DNA of 64,000 nucleotides, from the NCBI RefSeq assembly GCF_006345805.1, contig NC_042999.1, positions 82,708,001 through 82,772,000 of the forward strand, given 5' to 3'. The stretch is from Octopus sinensis. Lineage: Eukaryota. Below are positions 14,826 to 28,468 of this stretch, piece after piece. Both the position numbers and the translations under genes were made by a program. Numbering within the stretch: the first letter of the stretch is position 1; each line of letters begins with the position of its first letter. The notes beneath the pieces are model-generated. The model ran no database searches, was not told the DNA's origin, and saw nothing but the letters and a program-made list of their open reading frames with translations.

Positions 14826-15213
14826 AGTGGATAAATAATACCAATTTTTTTCCAAACTCCTATTTTGGTATATAATGACTCTGCAAAGAATATTGTTCGG
14901 AATTTACAACTTTTACGTAAACTCTCTCAGATATAACATCTACATACGGATTTGGAATTCTGGAATAAAGAGTTGTGCTTCAAGAAGACACAGCTTGGAG
15001 GTTGCACCCTTATGTGTGTGTGTATGTGTGTGTGCATACATACATATATATATTTATGTATATGTGTGTATATATATATCTATATATATATATATATTTT
15101 TGTATGTACATCTGCATATATATATATATATATATATAAATGAAAAAAACAAGTCAAAATAGAAAATGGTAACATAATTTTATAAAGAACATTTCACTAC
15201 CGGTTTATACACC

Positions 15214-15267
<54 letters not shown>

Positions 15268-15714
15268 ATTACAGGTATAAACCTGAACCTGTAATCTGGA
15301 TAGAGTAGCTGCAAAGTATGTATGCATACATGTATGCATGTATGTATATACGTATGTATGTATGTATGTATGTATGTATGTGTATGTATGTATGTATGTT
15401 TGTATGTATGTATGTATGTAAGTTTGTATGTATGTATGTATGTATGTATGTATGTATCTATGTGTGTGTGAGTATGTATTCCACTGCGTTATATTTCACT
15501 GATACGATCAGTGATGACATTTGACCTTGATTATGATTTATATTTGTTTGTAAGTGTCTAAGCGACAATGTGGAAAAGCCAGAAGTTTCAGACAAGAAAA
15601 GAGACCGATTAATATGCATTTTACAGTGATAAACCTGCAATGTAAAACGTCCTTCAAAATGTTAGAACATATCGAGCAGCAAGTATCAGATGTAACAATC
15701 AGTTAATAATAAGA

Positions 15715-16545
15715 ATACTTCAGTTAAAGCTGAAGGATGATAGGAATAAAGATGAGTTTGTAATTGAATATAAGAATCGATTTGTTGGGGCTTGTAAAAG
15801 GATAAAAAGAAGGAGACGCATTTCGGGTGATACATACGAAGTTATTGAGGCGCAATAGGAACAAAAACGTGAATTGCTGAAAGCTGGAGAAAGAATAAGA
15901 TGGACCTCCTTAACATGAAAGAGGCTAAACATTGGAGTCACAACAGAGAAATGAAAAGGTATTCAGGTAGAGATAAAAGAGAATTCTTGAAAGTGAAATC
16001 TGTTGAAGCGGATAAATTACTTAAAGCTGAAATCAGAAAACTCGAGGTAAAATAAATGAAATTTCAAGTAAAGTAAAGAAATCAAAAAAGATTACCTGCG
16101 TTTAGAACTAATAATATTTAATATGAACATCGAAGATTAAATTGAAAGAACATCTTAATATTGTCATGAACAAGGTGTTGAATGAGGAAATGCTCTGATA
16201 ATTCCTGATCCACAAGTTGAACTGCAAGTAACTTGAGATGAATCATCTGATAAAGAAATAACAAAAGCCATTGTGTAATTTAACAACGGAAGAGTTCTTG
16301 GATTAGTTAGAATTGCAGAAGAAATGCTAAAAGCATTACTGAATCTATTTTGTAATATACGATTATTGAAAGATACTTGGTGATTGGAAAATTGTTGTAA
16401 TAACTATGATGCCTAAACATTCGGCGGTACATAATCCTGTGCAACATTGTGTTGAAAGCGTTCACTTTGGTTATCCTGAATAAGATACAGCTAGTTTTGG
16501 ACAATACACCAAAATGGATAAAGCAGGTCTCGGGCGAACGCGAGG
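15715..16545 (+). pseudogene. Decayed RTE-clade LINE ORF remnant (inter-domain region to RT N-terminus)
   Basis: Frame-disrupted peptides LKDDRNKDEF..YKNRF, RDKREFL, EITKAI..FNNGRVLGLVRIAEEMLKA (cf. K.GKAPG.D.I.AE.LK), WKIVVITMMPK, KAFTLVILNKI, KAGLGR (cf. QAGFR). Confidence 0.75.
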
Positions 16546-16840
16546 TTGAAGTGACTAGTTATTTTTGCGTGTGCATATTGTACAACTACTTATTGAACTC
16601 AGACAACCTCTGATCATGAATTTTGTAAAGAGATTTGACATAACGATTATAGCTTGGAAGCATCACAATGATATGGATGGTTTGCCCTAAAGGTATGACA
16701 AACTGATACATAGAATACATCAGCCTATCGACTAACCTAGAAGTCATTACAGCCGAGTTAGTCTGACGTTCGACTCTTGGAAGCTAATTAATATTCCTGG
16801 GTGTTTGTTCATAAGAACAAGACATACATATAGAAAATTA

Positions 16841-18129
16841 TCATGTCATCCCATAAGTTCTGTCCGATTTTACCCTTTTTTTAAAATTGAAATGAAATTG
16901 AATACTATTTTAGACTGTCGAATGGAATTAAAAATTATTTCTATGCATTTTAGTACATTTAAACTAATTAAATATTATTTTACCGAATAACAGAATTAAA
17001 TTTTCTTTGGTTAAAACCCTTTCTAACATGGAAGTATCAAAAGAGCATTTGAGGCACATAATGCTTTAAGAGTACAAAAAAGGAAACTCTGCAGCCGAAG
17101 CGACTCGAAACATACATTCAGTTTATGGGAAATAATGCTTGAATGAAAGAACTTGCAGAAGATGGTTTGCAAAATTCACAAGTGGAGATTTCAGCCTTGA
17201 AGATGAAGAGTGAACAGGACGTCCAGTTGAGTTTGATGATAAGCTCCTTGGGGCATTACTTGAAGAAAATCCTGCATTATCAGTTGAAGAATTGGCAATA
17301 AAACTTAGTTCAAACCATACAACTGTTCATCGTCATCTCCAACAACTTGGAAAGGTTCCTAAACTTGGAAAATGGGTGCCTCATAAATTGTCCGAAAGCA
17401 ACCACAAATCCCGAGTTGACATCTGCTCTTCTCTCCATTCTCGCGAACTTAATTCACCCTTTTTGGATAGACTTGTGACCGGTAACGAAAAATGGATCTT
17501 CTATCGAAATGTTAAACGTCGAAAACAGTGGCTTGGTAAAAGGGAAAAGTTCAAACACAGCCGAGAAGGGTACTCATGGGGAAAAGGTCCTTTTCTCTAT
17601 CTGGTGGGATTGCAAAGAAGTAATTCACTTTGAATTGTGGCCACCTAATGCAACAATCAATGCTCAAGTCTACTGTCAGCAATTAGAACGTTTGAACCAA
17701 GCTTTGAAGAAAAAAAGACCCACTTTAGTGAATCGAAAAGGAGTGATGTTTCATCAGGACAATGCACGACCCCACACTGCAAAGATCACATCACAGAAGA
17801 TCGAAGAGCTTGGTTGGGAAAAAATTCCTCATCCACCTTATTCTCCCGACCTTGCTAGTTCAGACTACCATTTGTTTTGTAGCTTACAGAATCATTTGTG
17901 GGACATAACTTTTGCAAACCAAGAAGAGGTCGAAACTAACATTTCAGAGTTCTTCGCCTTGAAACCAAAAGAGTTTTACATTGATGGGATTAAAAAGCTT
18001 GTAAATAGATGGAAGGAAGTCATAGATAATGAGGGAAAGTACGTTGAGGATTAAATTTCAATTAAATATAACATTTGATCACTTGTTTTCTTTATTCAAA
18101 ATTCAGACAGAACTTATGGGATGATCTGA
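16841..18129 (+). mobile_element. Full-length mariner (Tc1/mariner DD34D) transposon, about 1.29 kb
   Basis: About 30-bp TIRs (TCATGTCATCCCATAAGTTCTGTCCGA at left; reverse complement at 18100-18129), TA at both ends, internal transposase. Confidence 0.95.
17028..18054 (+). pseudogene. mariner transposase pseudogene
   Basis: MEVSKEHLRHIML start, WVPHKL, TGNEKW (first D mutated to N), HQDNARPH, YSPDLASSDYHLF with D34D spacing. Three in-frame stops in the N-terminal part and a frameshift near 17550. Confidence 0.95.
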
Positions 18130-18879
18130 TATATACACCATACTTCAGGAAGTTGTGTGCTATATTTTTACATGACTCAGATGCACATCAAATAAACTGG
18201 TAGCACTCCCTTGTCACTCTCAGTAGCAGAAATACTGCGAGCCAATAATGGTGGGTGGTGGCATAGAAAATCTGTAACCGGGACGTTATTGTCCATAAAT
18301 TGCTATACAAAGTAATATGTATAGATCAGAGTGTGGGTGGTTATTTCCTAACTTTACGGTTTGTTGACAAATAAGGAAGAGAGTACTCAATATATGAAAA
18401 GAATGTATAGTTTATTTAAATTTAATAGCTAACTGACGACACAAGTTTCACGCCACGGCATATATATATATATATTATATATATATATATATATATGATG
18501 TATGCATAAGCTAGTGGGGGATATACTACATAACATATGCAAAAATATTCTTAATTGAAATTTCCTCTTTGTTGAAGAAAGAAAATAACGACTTAGTATT
18601 ACTGAAGTTGGGTGGCAGAGTCAGAAGCTGACACTCTCAATTCTGTTTTCGCCTCTCTTCTTTGTCCTGCCGATGTTGACCAACAGAAGTTAAGGCTAGA
18701 CATCAACCGCATGAATTTCATTCGTATCGGAAGGTCTATAAAGGCCATTTGCACTGTTTCTCTCCCTCCTCCACTGACTAAATTATTGATAGAAAGCGAC
18801 CAGAAGATGGATAGACAGTCGTTAGAGCATTGAACTAACTACTATGTGATATTTAATCTGATACCTTGGGCTCTAAGTT

Positions 18880-19095
18880 CAGATCTCAGCAAGGACTATT
18901 TTGCATTCATCCTTCGGGGTCAATAAATTAAGTAGCCGTCAAGCGCTATGCATTGGCGGAATCACTAGAGAGTCCACCGAGGTCGATTTGCCTTTCATCC
19001 TTTCTGGGTCGATAAATTAAGTACCAGTTGCATACTGGAATCGATCTAATCCACTGGCCCCCTTCCCAAAATTTTCTGGCCTTGTGCCAGAAAAG
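18880..19095 (+). mobile_element. Two abutting SINE family A fragments
   Basis: CATCCTT.CGGGGTC.ATAAATTAAGTA occurs twice; tail GGCCTTGTGCC at the end. Confidence 0.75.
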
Positions 19096-19523
19096 GAAAC
19101 GCTAGAGCGTCAAACAAAATGCATTGCAGTATTTGTTCAGTCTCTGTACGTCGTGAGTTCAAATATCGCTGTGAGCTACTCAACTGTTAATCTTAACCCG
19201 TCTCCAAGTTTAAGAACATTACATATCACCTAAGGTACCTCTAGTAGGTTCCACTCAGTTGCAAGCATACGGGCTTGAACGCCTATTAAAAACCTTCTTT
19301 CTTTCGCCTGCACCAGTTTTGGGATCTTTGTGAAGCATCTTGGGCATTGCCTTCTGACAAAAAAAAAATAATAAAAATCTGCTCTAAACAAACTCAGCAG
19401 TGCTATAAGAATCCTTGTCCACTTGTTATTGTATATAAATACCTTGGTATATAGCCTGGGTACCAGGACGATAGCCTATCTCCGTTGCCTTTTGTTCTCT
19501 GATACCACTGAACTTAGCTAAGA

Positions 19524-19740
19524 AGGCGGTGAGGTAGCAGAATCGTTATCACGCCGGACGAAATGTTTAGCGGCATTTTTTCCGTCTTTACGTTCTGAAT
19601 TCAAATCCTTCCGCTGCCGATTTTAACCATTTTATCCTTTCAAGGTCGATAAAATAGGTACCAGTTGAGCACTGGGGGTCAGCGTAATCGACCTTATTCT
19701 TTCCCCTAAATTTGTTGTCAGTGTGACAAAATTTTAAGCC
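19524..19740 (+). mobile_element. SINE family A copy
   Basis: AAGGCGGTGAGGTAGCAGAATCGTT head and GGTCGATAAAATAGGTACCAG core. Confidence 0.8.
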
Positions 19741-19761
19741 ATTATGTATTCCCCCATGTTA

Positions 19762-19975
19762 AGTCGGTGTGCTAGCAGAATCGTTAGCCCGCAGGACTAA
19801 ATGCTTAACAGCTTGTCATCCGTCTTTACGTTCTGAGTTCAAATGTCGCCGAGGTCGACTTTACTTTCCATCCGTTCAGGGTCGATAAAATAAGTATCAG
19901 TTGAATCTTGCTGTTGATATAATCGATTAGCCACCAACCGCCAACTTTCAGGCGTTGCGCCTAAAGTAGAAAGGA
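19762..19975 (+). mobile_element. SINE family A copy
   Basis: GCAGAATCGTTAGC..TTACGTTCTGAGTTCAAAT..GAGGTCGACTTT..GGGTCGATAAAATAAG. Confidence 0.8.
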
Positions 19976-20365
19976 TTATTAATTCCCAAGTCGTCCCTAG
20001 TTGTACTACGAGCTCTGACCTACCTCAATGACACCAGTGGTCTATACTAAAATTTGGTGGTTCACAGCGAGCTTCATAAGACCAAGAAAGTCGTTTCTTT
20101 TATATATAAGATTATCAAAAGCTTAAATCAATTTAAAATAAATCTAAATGGATTTTATTAGATACAGCGCATGATTAATTTCTTAACGTACAATATTTTA
20201 TGTCTATTGTGTTGTCACATAAGCATGAATAAGTAAATTTATAATTGGTGATTCATAAATTTTCTAATGAAGCTTGTCAACCATCTGATAAAAACTGTGC
20301 ATCACTAATCCACGATATTTAAGCCATCAGCACTATTTCCCCCCACCCCATTTTCATTTTTGGTA

Positions 20366-20668
20366 GAGGCGCAATGGCCCATGGTTAGGGCAGCCGATTC
20401 GCGGTCGGAGGATCGCGATTTCGATTCCCAGACTGGGCGTTGTGTGTTTTTAATGAGCAAAAACATCTAAAGCTCCACGAGACTCCGGCAGGGGATGGTG
20501 GTGACCCCTGTTGTACTCTTTCGCCCCAACTTTCTCTCACTCTTTCTTCCTGTTTCTTGATTAACGCTGCGATAGACTGGCGTGCCGTCCAGCTAGGGGG
20601 AACGCATATGCCACAGAACCCGGGAAACCGGGCCTATGAGCCAGGCTAGGCTTGAAAAGGGTGCATAA
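20366..20668 (+). mobile_element. SINE family B head and body with a different 3' tail
   Basis: The first ~185 bp match the 12169-12555 element; it diverges after TTCCTGTTTC into GCTGCGATAGACTGGCG...GGCTTGAAAAGGGTGCAT. Confidence 0.85.
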
Positions 20669-20823
20669 CTGCTGTTTTTGTTTTTTTGCTGTTGCTTTTG
20701 TTTTTTGTTTCGAGAACATATTAACCCGTACTAGATTATCGAATGTATATACTTTTAAGAGAGTGGAGTGTTATTGGGGGAAAATTTGGTTTTATTTCTA
20801 GTAACTCGGTCGACAACGTAGTG

Positions 20824-20960
20824 TAGGCATGGGCAACCATTTTCGAGAAGCGGGCCGCATTAGACGTGACTCATCGTGAGGTGGACTAAAAAATTCGAGG
20901 TAATATTTCGTTAGGCTTGCCATTCAGATAGTCCTGCGGGCTGCAGTTTGCCCATGACTG
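20824..20960. mobile_element. hAT-like MITE
   Basis: TIRs TAGGCATGGGCAA / TTGCCCATGACTG, subterminal GCGGGC(C/T)GCA motifs at both ends, imperfect 8-bp TSD ACGTAGTG / ACGTAGAA. Confidence 0.6.
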
Positions 20961-22224
20961 ACGTAGAAAGTGACACTGTTTAAATCTTTGTTTGTGCAAG
21001 ACGGAGGCGGTAGACTGTTTATTATTTTTTTTTTTTTTCCTTTGTAAGGAAAATATAGATATTAGAGATATGGGATGATCAGAAGCATAGGTGGTGTAAG
21101 AGTTGAGTAGGAGGCATACAGATTTTATAACTACTATTCATGCCTGACTAACCAAGCAGAAATGATAGTAAGGAATGTGGGTTCGATTTATATTCGTGTC
21201 GTATGTTAATGCTTTTGTGTGCCGATGTGTGTACATTATATGTGTGTGAGTGTTTTTTTTTTTCCTTTTGTTTTGTTTTATTTTATTTTCTTCGCTCTTA
21301 GATACTGTAATATTGATTTGAGTAAATGAATTTATAAGAAATAGATTTCTTACTAGCGCTCAATATTTTGAAGTAATTTTGGACAAAAGACTATTTACGA
21401 AATAAATCAACCTTAATATATAACTGCTAGTTTGGGGGTTGTTTTTTTACAACTTCTAAAGAGATCAAAAGGAAACATCGGCCCTGGTGGACTTTGAACT
21501 CAAAATGCAGAAAATCAAAACTAGATATGTCATGAAATATTTCTATTGAGTTCTGAAACTAATTCTACTTATTCCCTGATATATAAAGGAAAACTGAATA
21601 TTGTAATGTTCATACCTTTCTCAAGACTACTAACATTATAAATTGTTTCTTTTGTCTTTGTTTAGTCCTAGGCTAATCCAGACCATTCAAATTTATGATC
21701 AAAGTGATTTCAAGTTAATACTATCACGCTTTTTTCTTTCTTTTCATGCATACTATTTTCACTGTTTTTAGAACTATATCATATAGCAAGCTTTTCTCTT
21801 TCCTCAAAAGAAATACGTTGGAAAGAAGTCATGTCGCATTTTTGACACTTTAAGGACACTTTTTCAATACTTACAGTAAAATGAGCATTAGTTTCTTGCA
21901 TACTAGTGTGTGTGTGTGTGTGTGTGGTGTGTGTGTGTGTGTTTCTGCGTTCGTTACGTCGAAAGTAAACTATAGTAAAGAACACTTTACGTCGTTTTAA
22001 TGAGCCCACATCATGAAGTAGCCATCCTTATGGTTTGTGATCCCATGGAAAAATCATCATATTTTAATTCGTGTTCAAGATACCTTAAACGTGTTTCACA
22101 GACTCATCCCTCGCCAGTGTAATCTTATTCTGTGGAATAGACAAGATGGGTATTATTCCATATTCCTCGGGTTGAACCTGCATAAATTTCTTCCGATTCC
22201 TATATTTGCCATACAGGAGAATAG

Positions 22225-22790
22225 GATTTCACCCACAAAACACATTCTCAATATTTTAATTTTCTCCCTCTCCACACCAAATTAATTATTTACTTTTTTC
22301 AAATTTTTATTCTTGGTAATCCATGGGGAACAGAGTATGAATCTTTAATAATTTTACCCATCACCTCACCGCTTTCAAAAAGCTACACATTTCCAATGTT
22401 CCACTTTTAGCTTTTTGGAAAGCAGAGAAGTTTCTTCAGAAATAATGTCGTTTACCTGCTGTTTCTAGCATGTCGGGTTTTCTGGTATTTTTAAAGTCTA
22501 CTATTTCAGTAGAATTCTAAACATTAGACAAAAGTGAAAGATTGGGAAATTTTAGCTTTTTCAAAGCTGGTAGGTGATGGGTGGGTTAGGTGGGGGAAGG
22601 GGCATTGAATGTTTCTTTAAGGAAAATTGAACTATAAAAATATATATATATATATATTTCCTAAATTCGTAATCTCTGTATTTTTCTTCGTAGATAACAA
22701 AAAAAGATTGAAAAAATTACAAATTAAGAAATTGCGATGGGGATAGAAGGAAATTAAAATTTTGAAAACGTGATTTTGGGACAAAATCGT
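22225..22790. mobile_element. Old fold-back element with long degenerate inverted arms
   Basis: ACCCATCACCT..GCTTT.AAAAAGCTA..TTTCCAAT.TT.CACTTTT (22356-22408) is the reverse complement of 22530-22582. Outer arms (about 22225-22290 vs 22720-22790) also match. Confidence 0.65.
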
Positions 22791-23091
22791 ATTAACCCCA
22801 TTTTATACGATGAAACAATGCATAGTTTCTGATACTTCTTAAGAACAGAAAGCACTTTCATGCAAACGCATGCAAATTGTAACCTCGCCTTTCACTATTA
22901 AACAAAAAATAATTTCCATTATTCCATTAACTATACATGAGGTGTGCCGATTCTACTCATAAGAAAAGAGCAACTGATACAATGTGCTTGTAGGTCATAA
23001 CACTCGGGCAACGCCGGGATGTATTGCTTATATATATATATATATATATACATATATATATGCTATAAAGTGGGAGCGCTAACATTACATA

Positions 23092-23131
<40 letters not shown>

Positions 23132-23134
<3 letters not shown>

Positions 23135-23299
23135 GGCAGACTTCTTTCAATCTCTGTCAACTAAATCCACTCACAAGGATCTGGTCGACTTGACGGTATA
23201 GTAGAAGACAATTGCGCCACCAAGATGCCATGCAGTGGACTGAACCTGTAACTATTTGATAGGGAAGCCAGCTTCTTACCACACAGCCACACCTGCACC
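23132..23299 (-). mobile_element. SINE family C, 5' half
   Basis: Matches the family C head, degenerate. Confidence 0.8.
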
Positions 23300-24249
23300 T
23301 ATATATACATATATGTGTGTGTGAGTGTGTGTGTGTGTGTATGTATGTATGCATGCATGCATTTACGTATGTATGTATGTAGGTATGTAGGTATGTATGT
23401 ATGTATGTATGTATGTATGTATGTATGTATGTATGTATGTATGTATAGATATGGTCGGCTCCAGCTCGTATCCAAGCATTGGGTTCGTCTGTTTCCATTC
23501 AATCTCCTCGGTTTATGTTTGTGCCGAAAGTGACTTTAGAGTCCAAGTCGGCGGTGAAAGAGTCGTGGGCAGAACTCGCACGGGATGGTCGGTGCAAGTC
23601 GAGGATGTTGAAGACGCACAGATACGTGTTAGGTGTGCATTATATAGCTACCAGGTGTAATTTATCTTTACATTCCAGTTTATAGCTCTATTTTCTTCAC
23701 AAATATACATACATTAGTTTCTCTGTCCGCGTGCGACTTTACACACGCCTTCTTATACATGTGGACTCCTTATGGGATTAATAATAACACCCAACATTCA
23801 AGCGTGTACATATGCATACATAAGAACGCATATGGATGTTACTTGATGCCACAGATACAATAACCGTTTTTATTACATGTGTGGAAATACCCACAAAATA
23901 TAACGATATCTTTTGAATTATACTTTTGTTTATTTATAATATATACACATAGGTTGTATATATTATAAATATATTCGGTTTTGTTTATTTACTTATTCAC
24001 ATTTCAAAGTTTATTGTTCTTGTTGATGTTGTTGTCGTTATTGTTATTATCATCGATGTTGTAACTGTGGTTAAGAAGCAGTTTACCATAATGCTATATT
24101 TAAACTTGTAAGTTAATTTTTAAATATTAAACAAAGACTGAAAAATATACAGATGCATCTCTTGTCACCATACCTCCACCTGTCTTCTGTACCAGCATAT
24201 TTTCCAACTCTCCCATCCTACGAGTGGTGGTACCCTCTAGAAAACACTG

Positions 24250-24720
24250 ATGAAACCTCAGGTGCCATTTTCCAAAGCAAAGAGTCACCAAATCTTAACG
24301 CAGCATATTTATCATTCGGCAATTGTTTTCTTGTACAGAAACATACAACATGACAGAAAGCTATCAAAACAAGTTAAAACCAGCTCAACGTGCAAACAAG
24401 CGTATTGTGCTTGGAGGAACATGTGAGGACAAATAACATAGCAAAATCGATTCGACAACGGATCAAAATCTAAAGACTTTATTAAAGCAAATTTACAAAA
24501 TTTTCGAAAATAAATTGGGCTGTATATGTCCAGATAGAGAGTAACTACAGATAAACTAAATAATCCAACAGAATGGATTCCTAGACGAGGCAGAAGAAAT
24601 AGAACGACAACAATCAAGATTGGTGAATGAATTAGATATAAATCGATAAAAATTGGAGTTCTGAAACTCAAACCTTAAAATCATGCTAAAATACGAGGAA
24701 GACTGTTATCCATTCGTGGA
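24250..24720 (+). pseudogene. Decayed RTE-clade LINE ORF C-terminal remnant
   Basis: ETYNMTESYQNKLKPAQRANKRIVLG (cf. ETWTLT..KL...QRAMER.MLG) and TEWIPRRGRRNR (cf. W.PR.GKR.RGRP). Confidence 0.65.
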
Positions 24721-25909
24721 AAGTGATTGCTGATTTGATTGATATACACTATATGCAGGAAAGGAAGAAAAAAACCATAGCGTGCTCTTTCTTTAAAATG
24801 GAAGGATGCACTAGACAACGCAGTTCTAAATTAATCTCAACTGAAAACAAGTGCAATTATCACGGTAAAATGCTTTTAATCAATGACAGCACTAGCAATC
24901 TGGGAAGATAGGGAATTCCAAATGGTTGCTCTACAGAGAATTCAAAATGGCTGCTGATGAGGAATAATTGCACAAGAGACGCAGCAGTAAAGATGATCAA
25001 AGAAGAGTCAGGTACGTACAACGAGTCAGCGTGATATTTCATAGTTGTGGTTATGGTGGAGAGAAACAAGTAAAAACATAAACTAACCAACCTCTGGCCA
25101 GTGGCTACAACATTAGTGAATGAGTACTTGTCATTCAAGTAGATGACCTTTTGCATGTGGTCTTGGATATTTGTTGAAGTAGCAGCAGCGTTATCGCATA
25201 TATGTAAGAAATTATCCAATATGGGTCTCATTTGTTTGTCTAGTGTCAGTAACGTCAAGGCTGAACAGAGTCGTGATTTTCAAGATGTAGGTTAAATAAT
25301 GTCTGATATTGCAATAAATTCGGGAACCTTACAATAAAACATTAGAATCTGGAGATTCTTGGGATGATCTGCATCAACAAATAACAGTTTCAAAAAAGAT
25401 CGCAAAATGGAATAAATTATTTTGTGGCAGCAATAAAAAAAAATGCAGCTTTACATTACAAATAAGCCACTTGATCGGGGTGAGAAAAAAATAATTATGG
25501 GTAATGAACTGTTTATTGGAAGCGGTAAATAATTATATGTGAAGTGAGGGCTTGAATTCTGTGCTTTTCATGCGTAGAAACAGTAGTATTGTATGCGTCA
25601 CATGTATAGAAAAAAATGCCCTCGCGCAATTGAAGACAATCAGTTTGGTGCCCTTACTGGAAAGCTTTTTCAAGATCTTTGGATGTTCGCGATTGGTAAA
25701 GTGATTTGAGGGAGGAGATAACAGATAGTGATAATGAGTATTATCTTCATAAGAATATGTGTTGTCAGAAGTGGCAGTAAGCAGATTAATGCTGTATAAA
25801 AAAATTATCAAAGACGTGAACAGATTTAGAAGTATGTCACAATTGAAAGAGTATGATGCTGGTCAGCGTATGTTCAATGAAGCATTCTGACAGAAACTTC
25901 TCCTCCCCA

Positions 25910-25984
<75 letters not shown>

Positions 25985-26647
25985 ATATATATATCTATAT
26001 ATATATATGTATATATATATATAGAGAGAGAGAGAGAAAGGGAGAGAAGTAGGAGCAGGAGGAGCAGGGGAGAAAGAGAAAGAAAGGGAGAGAGAAAGTG
26101 AGAGAGAGAGAGAGAAAGTGTGTGAGAGAGAGAGAGAGAGCGAGAGACTTGGTAGATGGGTAGGAAAGAGACATAGAGAGACTGATATAGCCGATAAACG
26201 GGTAATCAAGCGATACATGGTGAAAGACTTCGCCGAAGTTAAGAGATATAACATTGCTTTTGGCAGAGTTCTCCACGATGCGAGACAAGCTAATGGTAAT
26301 GTTGCTGCTGTTGTTGTTGTTGTTGTTATTATTATTATTTCACCCCAGGTCAGCATTGATCGAGAAGATCTGTGATCAAAAGATTTCCAACTAGCTCATC
26401 CTTTAAATAATATTTAAGGCTTAATTATCTTGTTTAATGTGTCTTTCTCCTTTACCAAATTCTAGGTAGTGTTTAACGGGAGATAGGGCTGCTATTTCTA
26501 GTTTTCTAGCTTTCTGCATTTAAAGACACATGCAGATAGATGAAAATATATTTATATACAGTTTGTTATAATCTATTTTTTCCTTTACGCGTGTGTATTG
26601 ATGCGTGCGTGTCTCTGTATACCAGTGTATTTCTGAATATGTGCGCG

Positions 26648-26723
<76 letters not shown>

Positions 26724-26765
26724 CTGTGTGTGTATGTGTGTGTGTGTGTATTCTTTCATTCCTGT

Positions 26766-26905
26766 ATTCTTTTACTTGTTTCAGTCATTTGGCTGCGGCC
26801 TTGCTGGAGCACCACCCCTAGTCAAACAAATTGACCCCACTAAGTTACGGGGACGTAATCACACCAACATCGGTTGTCAAGACAAATACATGCGCACACA
26901 CAGAT

Positions 26906-26970
<65 letters not shown>

Positions 26971-27155
26971 GTGTGTGTGTGTATATATATACGACAGGCT
27001 TCTTTCAGTTTCCATCCACCAAAATTTACTCATGACCCTTTGGTCAGCCCAAGGTTATAGTAGAAGATGCTTGCCTAAGATGCCACGCAGTGCAACTGAA
27101 CCCAGAACCATGTGGTTGGGAAGCAAGCTTCTTACCACGCAGCCACTCCTGCGTC
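26766..27155 (-). mobile_element. SINE family C with internal (TA)n tract
   Basis: Tail CTTTTACTTGTTTCAGTCATTTG, internal microsatellite, head CAGCCACTCCTGCG; part of the 3' half deleted. Confidence 0.9.
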
Positions 27156-27168
27156 TATACATGCATAT

Positions 27169-27561
27169 ACTCTTTTACTCTTTTACTCTGTTACTTGTTT
27201 CAGTCATTTGACTGTGGCCATGCTGGAGCACCTTTAGTCGAGCAAATCGACCTCAGGACGTATGCTTTGTATGCCTAGTACTTCTTTCGGGCTCTTTTGC
27301 CGAACCGCTACGTTACGGGGACGTAGACACACCACCATCGTAGACACAGACACGTAAACATATACACACACATACATATACACATATATACATATATACG
27401 ACGGGCTTCTTTCAGTTTCCGTCTACCAAATCCATTCACAAGGCTTTGGTCGGCCCGAGGCTATAGTAGATGACACTTGCCCAAGGTACCATGCAGTGGG
27501 ACTGGAAGCGGAACCATGTGGTTCTTAAGCAAGCTACTTACCACGCAGCCACTCCTACGCC
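27169..27561 (-). mobile_element. SINE family C, full length
   Basis: (ACTCTTTT)n tail, GCTGGAGCAC, CGAACCGCTA, internal (CA/TA)n, head. Confidence 0.9.
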
Positions 27562-28363
27562 TACATATATATTTATTTATTTATATACATACATATTTAT
27601 TTATTTATTTATATACAAACAAAAAAATTTTTAGAAAACAGCACACGTATGAACTCAAAATTCAATAAAACTCAACAGCATTATACAAACCAATCTATTG
27701 ATTACTTTAATCAAGTATCATTAAGTATATTTAATAAATTCAAAACAGATTTATTTAAACATAATAATAAACATTATTAATTTATATTAAAACAAATAAT
27801 TAACTATTATATAAAAAAGAATATGTGAAAATTTTATAGATTCCATGAATTAATAATAATTTATCATGTTATATATACATAACCTCAAACTAAGGTCTTG
27901 TTCTTTATATATTAATTAATCCTTATTTTCTTCTCGTATTTACATAACATTTCAGAGATTTAATTTCAAGAGAGTTATTTAATTTATACATCCACAGATA
28001 CAATGTTCAAGTTATGCATATATAATTATTAATTGATATTAATTATATTTCGTATTAGATAATATAAGGATGGACCGATGTATAATTAATACTACTAGAT
28101 ATCATCCGAATATTGAATGTAAGCGCATTGAATATTTAAAAAAGAAAAGGGAAAAACGATATATTAGATTAAGCCGAATACACATATCTACAAATACCCA
28201 GCCACAAACACACACACACGCACTAATACACGTGCACATACACACACACACACCAAGCAAAATCATACGAGCGTATATATTTACATATGTGGGCCCCTTC
28301 TGTATCCCAGCTTACGTATATATATGGTGTATGTGTGTGTATGTATCTATCGATCTTTATGTT

Positions 28364-28424
<61 letters not shown>

Positions 28425-28468
28425 TATACATATATATACATATATATATGTACATATATGTATATATA

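Noticed and set aside
23460-23660. Possible L1/Tx1 ORF2 3' end (ESWAELARDGR); a similar weak hint at 30100-30210
   Set aside because: Only a few residues of remembered similarity; too weak without a search.
24950-25430. Possible hAT dimerisation-domain remnant (KLSNMGLICLSSVS..AEQ)
   Set aside because: Faint motif resemblance, no TIRs, multiple stops.
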